Source of the DNA: Leucoraja erinacea
Lineage: Eukaryota
DNA length: 64,000 bases
Direction of reading: 5' to 3'
NCBI RefSeq assembly: GCF_028641065.1
Contig: NC_073415.1
Location: 11,532,001-11,596,000, forward strand
A program made the translations under genes and the position numbers. Numbering within the stretch: the stretch's first letter is position 1; each line of letters begins with the position of its first letter. The notes under the pieces were generated by a model. It was given only the letters and a program-made list of their open reading frames with translations. It was not told the DNA's origin and searched no databases. Positions 1 through 9,598 of the stretch are shown piece by piece.

Positions 1-1
1 C

Positions 2-91
2 AGAACTTGGTAGTTCCTCAACCAGTTGCTCCTCATCAGACACAACACTGCCCAGTGTATTGACATCTTCGTCGCTTTCCTTGTGGCTCAT
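2..91 (-). CDS. Possible N-terminus of a neighbouring gene running off the window (MSHKESDEDVNTLGSVVSDEEQLVEELPSS...)
   Basis: gctATGA start with an upstream in-frame stop, acidic protein-like composition, open to the window edge; no family recognised. Confidence 0.3.
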   Translation of the reverse strand, partial: MSHKESDEDVNTLGSVVSDEEQLVEELPSS

Positions 92-505
92 AGCTGGGAA
101 ACAACTGTCCACCGGTCACTGTCAGTGGTTTCTCAGGAACGTCCGGAGTTTGCGTTGGAAATCCTCACCGATTCTCCGCTCAGTAGATCTCCATCATGGT
201 GTTTCAAGGAACCCAATGACCCGACTGTCTCACCCACGAGAGTGTACAGCCCACTCCACCCGAGCCGTTGGATCAGAAACACATGTAGATGTGGGCAGAT
301 CCCCCAACCTGCATTCTCAGCTCAACCCACAGGTCACTGTGCAAGGTCCCAAACCTTACAGTCCCTTCAGTTCAGCCCGTAGCTTATATCCACACATCGA
401 GCCCGAGGAATCCTTGGTAAACACCCAATGAGATTAACCAGACAAGGGGCTTAACTCTGACGTACATTTGATAAGCGCCTGATTAACTCTTTCAGATACG
501 TCATG

Positions 506-660
506 GAAACATAGAAAATAGGTGGAGTAGGCCATTCGGCCCTTCGAGCCTGCACCACCATTCAATATGATCATGGCTGATCATCCAACTCAGTATCCTG
601 TACCTGCCTTCTCTCCATACCCCCTGATACCTTTATATCCATACTCCCTGATACCCCCTG
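506..660 (-). mobile_element. CR1 LINE 3' end
   Basis: gaaacatagaaaatagg...ggccattcggcccttcgagcc motif shared with many copies. Confidence 0.8.
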
Positions 661-1639
661 GACACGGAATACTGAACACAATTTTAGCTTGCATATTCTA
701 GAAGGAATATAGAGGCCACAAGGAGGAAAGGAAAATAGATTGTAGACAAAAGTGCTGGAGAAACACAGTGGGTGCAGCAGCATCTATGGAGCGAAGGAAA
801 TAGGTAACGTTTCAGGCCGAAACCCTTCTTCTGACTGAAGATTGACATGCATGGTGCCAGAATTGAGCCCTTATTACAATCAAGACAACACAAACTCTCT
901 GGCTGATGTTATTTCATTAGAACTGTCCATCGGAGGCATGTGATTCAGACCAAGTGGTCCAAGCAATGGAAAATATCATCAGAAACAGCTTGTGGCAGTC
1001 TGAACGTCCCAAAACGTCACCTCTTCCTTCGATCCATAGATGCTGCCACACCCGCTGAGTTCCTCCAGCATTTTTGTCTACCTGTAGCTTTTAGGCAAGT
1101 TCACTTTGAGATCTAACATTACTGCGGTGGATCAGTTTCCATCCAGGGTACACAGGTGTCTTTACGGATGAGCTGCATGTGGCCTCACTCATATAATCCT
1201 CCAGCTTCTCTTCACAGTTCAGGGGTCAGAGAGGCTGTACTGTTACGGCATTAAGCCCGGTCTCACCCACGTGTTCTGACATACAGTTGGTGAGATCATA
1301 GGTATAAGAACATTATTTTTAGAAGAATAATTGGGTCAGTGGTTCCCGACGTTGTACTTAGCACAAATTGCAGAATCCTCCCTGTATTTCGATTCCCCTC
1401 CCTGCTTTCAAAACTCAGAAGTATCTCTAAACCATGGCATGTTCTGCCTCTATTAGTCATAGTAGCCCCGGGCAGTGGAGACTATATGGATATTGTCAGT
1501 CAGGAATCTGGCAATGAAGAAGGGTCCTGACCTGAAAAAGCACCCAATGCCAAGAGTCTCCAGCACTTTGTGTTCTGCTCAAGAGTTCAGCATCTGCAGT
1601 TCCTTGTGTCTCAGTATGACAATGAACATGCCAGGGATA

Positions 1640-2060
1640 GGTAGTTAGATGCTCGCTTGTTGGAGATGGTCACTGCCTGGCACGTTTGTGACGTGAATCA
1701 GTCCAAGCCTGAATGTTGCCTGGGTCTTGCTGCACACAGGCATATAGTGGTTTATTTGCTGAGGAATGGTGAATCACATCATAAGCCAACATCACTACTT
1801 CTGACCCTATGGAGAAAGGAAGTTTGTTGATGAAACAGCTGAAGATGGTTATGTCTAGACTATCCTGAGGCAGGGCAGCAGTGTGCTGGGACCCAGACCA
1901 ACCTCCATCAGTCACAGTCATCATCCACAGTACAAAGTCTGACTCCAGTCATTCAAATGCTCTTCCCCTCTGCCCCAGTCTACCAAGACTGCTTGCTGCC
2001 TAAATTGGGCAGAAGCTACTTTAACGTTGAGGGCTGACATCCTTGTCTCACCCGCTGGCG
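1640..2060 (-). mobile_element. Old LINE reverse-transcriptase fragment
   Basis: LPQDSL..TIFSCFINKLP...SEVVMLAYD resembles the RT motifs GVPQGS..P.IF..FINDL...MFADD. Confidence 0.65.
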
Positions 2061-2450
2061 TTCAGCGGCTTCTGTTGCTGCCATAAAGGGCAAAGATAGA
2101 CACGAAATGTTGGTGTAACTCAGCGGGACAGGCAGCATCTCTGGAGAGAAGGAATGGGTGACATTTCGGGTCAAGACCCTTCTTCAGACTCAAATACTCC
2201 ACTGCTCTCGTGACACAAATTACATTTTTATGTCCCAATAATGTAATTGCTTCAAAACCATCGTAGATTAACCTACTCACTCCTGGTTCAAGGACAGCTT
2301 CTTCCCAACAATCATTAGGCTCTTGAACACTACACTACACAACACAACCTCAGCAACTGTGATCTTCTATGGACGGTGTCTTTGGTTGCACTACAGACTT
2401 GGGCTTACCACTATTATTACCTAGTATTACTGTTATTGATGTATCAGGCA

Positions 2451-2670
2451 ATAGACAATAGACAATAGGTGCAGGAGTAGGCCATTCGGCCCTTCGAGCC
2501 AGCACCGCCATTCAATGTGATGATCATGGCTGATCATCCCCAATCAGTACCCCGTTCCTGCCTTCTCCCCATATCCCCTGACTCCGCTATCTTTAAGAGC
2601 CCTATCTAGCTCTCTCTTGAAAGTATCCAGAGAACCGGCCTCCACCGCCCTCTGAGGCAGGGAATTCCAC
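2451..2670 (-). mobile_element. CR1 LINE 3' end (caatagac-tail subfamily)
   Basis: Same 3' UTR hairpin, (caataga)n tail. Confidence 0.8.
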
Positions 2671-3245
2671 TATATTTAAAATAAAAATATCGTACATTAT
2701 ATATTTATCTTGCTTTTATGCATTAATGGGCATGTAAAGTAAGAATGTCAGCTCGAATGATATTGCCCCACCACAACACACACAGCACTCGCTTACTTGC
2801 CCAGGATAATTAATACAAAGCCTTGCATTTGGCATTGAGTTTGCTGGATCCCCAAAATATCTTTATATTAAGAACTGGTGCAGGAAATTAACTTGATGTG
2901 CTGAATGGGAACATAAAGGAAAATAAAAATCCCAATTGCAAACTGTTATAGCAAATGTTATATTAACTTGTTATTTCTTTCCAACATAGGCTGCTGCCAT
3001 TCGGCCCATTGAGTCGCTGCTAGCTCTGAGAACAGCTCCGTTTCCCCCACTTATTTCCCTGCAGCCACCGTGCTTTTCGTAATGTTCCGACTGCTTCCCA
3101 ATTCCTTCCATCTGATCCTGGCCCCACAAAAGAGCAGGATCAACAAAATCAATTCAATATCTCGCCCTGTTGAACTCGAGGTAATAGGAATGTCCGTGAT
3201 TAAATAATTATTCTCAGTTCGACAATCTGTGCTTCATGCCAGTGG

Positions 3246-3680
3246 TCAGGTAAGCAGTGCAAGTTGTACGATGCACACAGCTGCACCAAGGACTTGCCGT
3301 GGCTTCCGCTCTGCATTCGATGAGTTGCTCTCATAAATGACCTTGTGGTGTCGACCCTTCCACTGCCTCCTGGCTTGTCGATTTCTCTTTGGTTTCTGCC
3401 ACGGGTTGCATTCGACGTGGTGCTGGAGTTTGTGGCTGGGCAGGTTGGGTTTGGGGTGCTGGATTTGGTGGCAGGGCTGGGTGGGTTTGGGAGGAAGTCC
3501 ATAGGGAACGAAGGGGTGCCCTGCCAAGATGGTGACATGCTTCACCCAGTCCACATAGTGGACGTAGCTGGTGAAGAGAGCCGTGTGGTTACAGGACGGG
3601 GGGCAGTGGCTTGCTGCCCCGGCCACCACCCACATTTTAGACCTCTTGTCCTGACACTCAAGTGGGGCACCATAACCTCC
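3246..3680 (-). CDS. Protease-homolog exon 5 (GGYGAPLEC...YVDWV, stalk, hydrophobic tail, stop)
   Basis: Acceptor tttttcccag, phase 0, 435 nt to TGA. Confidence 0.88.
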   Translation of the reverse strand, partial: GGYGAPLECQDKRSKMWVVAGAASHCPPSCNHTALFTSYVHYVDWVKHVTILAGHPFVPYGLPPKPTQPCHQIQHPKPNLPSHKLQHHVECNPWQKPKRNRQARRQWKGRHHKVIYESNSSNAERKPRQVLGAAVCIVQLALLT

Positions 3681-6600
3681 CTGGGAAAAAAGAGACCAGG
3701 ATCAGTTCAGTTTAGTTTATTGTCACGTGTACCGAGGTACAGTGAAAAGCTTTTGTTGCATGCTAACCAGTCAGCGGAAAGACAACACATGATTACAATC
3801 GAGCCATTCACAGTGCATTTACAATTTATTACAGGTGGGTGTATGGAATGAGCTGCTAGAGGAGTTAGTTAAGGCAGGTATGTTACCAACATTTAAAACA
3901 GTATTTGGACTGGTACATGAATAAGAAAGATTTAGGAGGCATATAGTCCAAATGTAGGCAAACGAGACTAGCACAGAGGGGCATTTAGGTGGGCACGGAC
4001 GTTGGGCCAATAGGCTGGTTTCTATGCTGTATGACTAACGTCGTCAGTGAGGTAGAATGCATGAATAATTCTATAATATGTTAACTCAGCTTGTCTTCAT
4101 GCATACTGCCTGACTTGTTCAGTATATCCATTACAGACAAGAATGAGTTGCAGAGGCTGGAATGGTGAGCAAAACGCAAAGTGCTGGCGGAATGCAGCGG
4201 GTCAGGCATCATATGTGGAGGGAATAGACAGGCGACGTTTCAGATTCCAACAATCGTTTACTTTGGTTTCTTCTTAAGGGGTTGGACAGGCTAGATGCAG
4301 GAAGATTGTTCCCGGTGTTGGGGAAGTCCAGAACTAGGGGTCACAGTTTAAGGATAAGGGGGAAGTCTTTTAGGACCGAGATGAGGAAAACCTTTTTCAC
4401 ACAGAGAGTGGTGAATCTGTGGAATTCTCTGCCACAGAAGGTAGTTGAGGCCACAGTTCATTGGCTATATTTAAGAGGGAGTTAGATGTGGCCCTTGTGG
4501 CTAAAGGGATCAGGGGAGAAGGCAGGTACAGGATACTGAGTTGGATGATCAGCCATGATCATATTGAATGGCAGTGCTGGCTCGAAGGGCCGAATGGCCT
4601 CCTCCTGCACCTATTTTCTATGTTTCTATGTATAGAGACACTAAATTAATAATCAATGATGCCAACACTACAGTGTCATGATAGGTTCTCAATGCTCCCT
4701 CCAGTGGCAAAACCCCTCAACTACAACTGTGGGGCAGGTGGCCTCTGTTAGTTTAGTTTAGTTTAGAGATACAACGCGGAAACAGGCCCTTCGGCCCACC
4801 GGGTCCACACCAGCTTTCCCCGCACACTAAAAATATCCGACACACACTTGGGACAATTTACAATTTTTGCCAAAGCCAATTAACCTACAAACCTGTGTTT
4901 AAGAGGGAATTGCAGATGCTGGAGAATCGAAGGTTACAGAAAAAAGCTGGAGTAACTCAGCGGGTGCAGCAGCATCTATGGAGCGAAGGAAATAGGCAAC
5001 GTTTCGGGCCGAAACCCTTCTTCAGACCTACAAACCTGTATGTCTTTGGAGTGTGGGAGGAACCCGGAGAAAACCCACGCAGGTCACGGGGAGAACGTAC
5101 GAACTTCGTACAGACAGCACCCGTAGTCAGCGATCGAACATGGTTCTCTGGCGCTGTGAGGTAGCAACTCTACCGCTGCACCACTAACTTTTAAACTTGT
5201 TTGATGGAATGGATTGCATTGGGAGTACTTTACCATGCAGAGAGACTGCTGCTTGTCCACATTGGTCACACAAATCACACTTTCCTTCAGGTTTTCAGGG
5301 TAGAACTTCTCACAGACCTCCAGCTTCTCATGGCTGACTGGCTGCTTCACAGTCTGGTAGATGGGACTTCCAGCTACACATACAAAGCAAACAGCATCAA
5401 AAGGTGTTACACTTTGGACAAGCGGAAGGGGAAAGTATACAGTTAGTATTATATTACATAAGTATACAGCAAGACCGTGAACAGCACTGATGTAGAGTGG
5501 GATCTTGTCCTCGTCCATAACCCCTGGATAGTGGCAACACAAGGAGGCAGAGTGGTGAAGAATGCATTTGGTATGCCTGCCTTCCTTGGCCGAGGCAATG
5601 AGTACAAGAATCAGCAAGTTGTGTGGAAGTTTTACAGCAGCTTGGTCAGGCTGCATTTGGAGTATTGTGTGCAGTTCTCATCTTCCCATTACATGAAACA
5701 TAGAAAATAGGTGCAGGAGGAAGCCATTCGGCCCTTTGCGCCACCAGTTTAAATTCCATTTGGAATATTTTGGAGGACCAAGAAACCAAGAAGGAAGTGA
5801 AGGTATTGGAGAGAGTGCAGACGTCACAGTCTGTAATGTCTTCAAGTTATCAGGGAGAAGAAGAGCACTCTTGTTTTACTGCAAACCAGCAAAGTTTTCC
5901 CCTTTGTCTTCTGGGAAGTCCTACAGTTTATTCTAGTTTATTGTCAGTGCGGTGAAAATCTTTTGTTGCGTGCAATCCAGTCAGCGGAAAGACAATCGAG
6001 CCATTCACAGTATAGATACATGATAAGGGAATAACGTTTAGTGCAAGGTTATGTCAGCAAAGTCTGATCAAGGATAGTCCGAGAGTCACCAATGAGGTAG
6101 ATGGTAGTTCAGGACTGCTCTCTAGTTGTGGTAGGATGGTTCAGTTGCCTGATAACAGCTGGGAAGAAACTGTCCCTGAATCTGGAGGTGTGCGTTTTCA
6201 CACTTCTATACCTTTGGCCCGGATGGGAGAGGGGAGGTTGGTGTGAGGGGGTGGGGGCTAAACTCAAGGTGTACAGTACATGGGGTTCATCGGAGGGAAA
6301 CAAACGCACACAATATTGAAAGAAAGTGACAATAATTACCAAGACTTAACATCTGCCATCCAGTGACCCAACAGTTCTCCAGTGTGCTCATGTCAAGGTA
6401 GCGGTCATCGGGGAAGCATATGGGCGACACAAGTTTGTTAAATACGATTGGTTCCTTCACCATGACGAGAGCAATGTCATTGTCTGGGATTTTAACCCCA
6501 AACAGTTCAAAAATAAAGTATTCGTGCAAGATGACCTTGTGAACTCCATAAATAATCTGCATGCCTTCCAGCTTGAGTGTGCCAGTCACAATGACCAGAC

Positions 6601-9233
6601 TTTCAAACAGAGCTTCAGAACTGTTGAATGAAGCAGCATAAAAAGTAATTTAATTGTGTTTGCAGTAATAAAAAGGAATAAACGAGATGTTGCCTGACCC
6701 ACTGAGTTACTCCAGCTTTTTGTCTATCTTCAGACTGATTCCTGGGATGTCAGGACTGTCTTATGAAGAAAGACTGGATAGACTTGGTTTATACTCTCTA
6801 GAATTTAGGAGGTTGAGAGGGGATCTTATAGAAACTTACAAAATTCTTAAGGGGTTGGACAGGCTAGATGCAGGAAGATTGTTCCCGATGTTGGGGAAGT
6901 CCAGGACAAGGGGTCACAGCTTAAGGATAAGGGGGAAATCCTTTAAAACCGAGATGAGAAGAACTTTTTTCACACAGAGATTGGTGAGTCTCTGGAACTC
7001 TCTGACACAGAGGGTAGTTGAGGCCAGTTCATTGGCTATATTTAAGAGGGAGTTAGATGTGGCCCTTGTGGCTAAGGGGATCAGGGGGGTATGGAGAGAA
7101 GGCAGGTACGGGATACTGAGTTGGATGATCAGCCATGATCATATTGAATGGCGGTGCAGGCTCGAAGGGCCGAATGGCCTACTCCTGCACCTAATTTCTA
7201 TGTTTCAAACTAAAAATAGGAATTTGAAGAAACGTCACCCATCCATGTTCTCCAGAGATGTTGCCTGACCCACTGAGTTACTCCAGTGCCTGGTGTCCTT
7301 TTGTTTATTAACCAGCATCTGTAGTTCCTAATTTCTACAAAACATGGTACATGGATAGGAAAGGATTAGGTTAGGGGGTCAAATGCGGATAAGTAGGACT
7401 AGCATGGATGGGGCATCTTAATTGGCATGAACAAGGTGGGCTGAAGGGCATGTTTCCATCGTGTATGTCTAATGGGAAGGTGAAATTAAATTAATTTCAT
7501 AATTTCACGATCAATATGTTTCACATAGAGCCGGAGTAACTCAGCGGGTCAGGCAGCATCTATGGAGCTAAGGAAATAGGCAACGTTTCGGGCCGAAACC
7601 CTTCCAGGTTTCGGCCCGAAACGCTTCCAGGTTTCGGCCCAAAACGTTGCCTATTTCCAGAAGGATTTCGGCCCGAAACGTTGCCTATTTCCTTCGCTCC
7701 ATAGATGCTGCTGCACCATAACTCAGCGGGTCAGGCAGCATCTGTGGAGAACATGGATAGGTGACGTTTCGGGTCAGGACCCTTCTTCAGACTGACGAGG
7801 TAACAATATTGATATTTTCCACAAATTGCTCCAAAATCACATTATACTTACTACATGAAGATGCAGTGCGCTGTGGTCACAACCCACCACCGGCTGAGTA
7901 TGTCCCCACCACACAGGTATTTCCACTTCAGTTGTAGATGGACCTGCCAGGGGAACTCTCCAATGCGTATCCCTCTGGCAAAGTTGCTTTTATATCTCAC
8001 TGTTGGTACACCACATCCTGTAAAAGTGCGGAAAGATAGGGTTTCAATCCTGTGCTCGTGGGTGTTGTGTCCTCTTTACACCAACTGAGACAGTATACCA
8101 ATAGGATTTTGACAATTCTCGTTAAGTGGTCTATAGTTTGTGAAGTGGTTTCAACGTAAGGGTGTGTAGGGTGTAGGAAGGAATTGCAGATGCTGGCTTA
8201 AACCGTAGACACAAAAAGCNNNNNNNNNNNNNNNNNNNNNNNNNNNNNNNNNNNNNNNNNNNNNNNNNNNNNNNNNNNNNNNNNNNNNNNNNNNNNNNNN
8301 NNNNNNNNNNNNNNNNNNNNNNNNNNNNNNNNNNNNNNNNNNNNNNNNNNNNNNNNNNNNNNNNNNNNNNNNNNNNNNNNNNNNNNNNNNNNNNNNNNNN
8401 NNNNNNNNNNNNNNNNNNNNNNNNNNNNNNNNNNNNNNNNGAAGGGATGTGAAAGGCGGGAGAGTACAAACATTAGGGCCATCTACTTTAGTTTAGAGGT
8501 ACAACATGGAAAGGCCCTTCAGCCAATCCTCGCACTTTCACATCCACTCCCTACACACTAGGAGCAAATATTACAGGGGTCGGTCAATTAACATACAAAT
8601 TTGCATGTGTTTAGTATGTAGCATCAACCACGATCACATTGAATGGCGGTGCTAGCTCGAAGGGACGAATGGCCTACCTGTGCACCCATTGTCTATGTAT
8701 CTATGGAAACCTAGCACCCAGAGGGAACCCATGTAATCACAGCGAGAACATGCAAACTCCACACAAACACCACTATGAACATGAATTGGATCAGGCTCCA
8801 CTTTGATGTTTAGTACTTATGAAACGGGACAAGGATGATTTTAGGCAGATCAACCCAAGGAATACTCATCCACTGAGGATATTAGTATGAAAGTATTTTC
8901 TGAAAAGTGGTCCCTTTCAATCTTACAGCAAACCAAGTAATAAGCATACTTGAGTTTTATTCTAATTGTGTCCTCCTTTAAGTAGGGTAGATGGTTTACA
9001 GGTGAATCAGCTCTTGCAATTAAACTGAGACTTGATACCAAAGGAATATTTTTGGCTTCGGGTTACAACAGTATACCTCAAAGACAGACAGCAAAAGTTG
9101 TTGTCGAACAACATTTTTGTACTCCTGAATCTGCTGTATAACTGCTAAATGTCTGAAACAAGGATTCATACTTACCTTGACAATAACACCCAAGCACGAT
9201 CCAAATAAGTATACAAATATAAACTAATTTCAT
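3246..9233 (-). CDS. Trypsin-fold (S1A) serine protease homolog, predicted catalytically inactive, with signal peptide and GPI-like C-terminal tail (PRSS55/PRSS52-like architecture); 5 exons, 359 aa
   Basis: Exons 9176-9233, 7852-8017, 6340-6620, 5234-5373 and 3246-3680 all have GT-AG boundaries and compatible phases (1,2,1,0); total 1080 nt, open. Motifs GEFPWQV, LCGG, TTAHC, DNDIAL, PICFP, CWVTGW, VICV, CM-GGYGAPLEC, YVDWV. Confidence 0.9.
3419..3490 (-). repeat. 36-bp tandem duplication inside protease-homolog exon 5
   Basis: Two copies with 5 mismatches. Confidence 0.85.
4272..4630 (+). mobile_element. CR1 LINE 3' fragment
   Basis: Near-identical to 6844-7205. Confidence 0.88.
4748..5185 (-). 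mobile_element. V-type SINE interrupted by a Penelope-derived element at 4897-5025
   Basis: SINE halves joined by the 14-bp direct repeat acctacaaacctgt (4883-4896 and 5026-5039). Confidence 0.8.
5234..5373 (-). CDS. Protease-homolog exon 4 (GSPIYQTVKQPV...VCEKFYP...VICV...SLCM)
   Basis: tag/gtaaag boundaries, 140 nt, Cys168/182/191 spacing. Confidence 0.88.
5935..6225 (-). mobile_element. Rex1/Babar-like LINE 3' end (related copies ~3705-3815, 10740-10840, 27035-27110, 39357-39530, 52960-53215)
   Basis: GQRYRSVKTHTSRFRDSFFPAVIRQLN, then a shared 3' UTR ending gtgacaataaactaaac. Confidence 0.7.
6340..6620 (-). CDS. Protease-homolog exon 3 (DNDIAL Asp102, PICFP, CWVTGW)
   Basis: Contains most of ORF 6287-6589; cag/gtaatt boundaries, 281 nt. 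Confidence 0.92.
6730..7205 (+). mobile_element. CR1-clade LINE (HER1-like) ORF2 C-terminus plus 3' UTR, young copy
   Basis: LSYEERLDRLGLYSLEFRRLRGDLIETYKIL...RTRGHSLRI...FFTQRLVSLWNSL; 3' hairpin and ttctatg tail. Confidence 0.9.
7530..7795. mobile_element. Fold-back cluster of Penelope pLTR fragments with reiterated hammerhead stem II-GAAA segments
   Basis: Inverted arms ~7553-7598 and 7666-7711; three internal tttcggcccgaaacg-type repeats; complete core on the minus strand at 7763-7790. Confidence 0.75.
7852..8017 (-). CDS. Protease-homolog exon 2 (CGVP...GEFPWQV...LCGG...TTAHC, His57)
   Basis: Acceptor tttacag, donor gtaagt, 166 nt. Confidence 0.92.
8220..8440. other. Assembly gap (N run)
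   Basis: Ns. Confidence 1.
9176..9233 (-). CDS. Protease-homolog exon 1 (signal peptide MKLVYICILIWIVLGCYCQG)
   Basis: ATG at 9233, hydrophobic h-region, donor gtaagt, phase 1. Confidence 0.8.
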
Positions 9234-9418
9234 TTTCTTTCCCCACTTTGTTAAAACACATGGACAGGTATTTTCCAAACCTCCTGCACCATCTCCAGAG
9301 CTTTTGGTATTGAATAAAGAGTCTGCAATTGCTCACATTGTGACATAGTACCAGGTCATTGTTTTACCAGTAAATCAGCACGTCCGTTTTCTTCCCCTCC
9401 ATACCATCGTTGGTTTAT

Positions 9419-9598
9419 GTAAGAAAGAACTGCAGATGCTGAAAGAATGGAAGGTAGACAAAAATGCTGGAGAAACTCAGCGGGTGAGGCAGCATCTATG
9501 GAGAGAAGGTATAGGTGATGTTTTGGGTCGAGACCCGTAACCATCTCTCCGTAGATGCTGCCTCACCCGCTGAGTTTCTCCAACATTTTTTGTCTACT
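9419..9598. mobile_element. Fold-back Penelope-derived short element with 10-bp flanking direct repeat
   Basis: Inverted arms gtagacaaaaatgctggagaaactcagcgggtgaggcagcatct and its complement; gttggtttat at 9409-9418 and 9599-9608. Confidence 0.75.

Noticed and set aside
3345-3851. 168-aa + strand ORF
   Set aside because: Antisense shadow of protease-homolog exon 5 running into a LINE 3' end.
6687-7268. 193-aa ORF and the recurring [23 protein letters not shown] peptides
   Set aside because: CR1 LINE ORF2 end and 3' UTR read-through present in many copies; not a host gene.
7579-7700. Short repeats with spacers resembling a CRISPR array
   Set aside because: Eukaryotic intron, irregular spacing, and the repeats are Penelope pLTR pieces.
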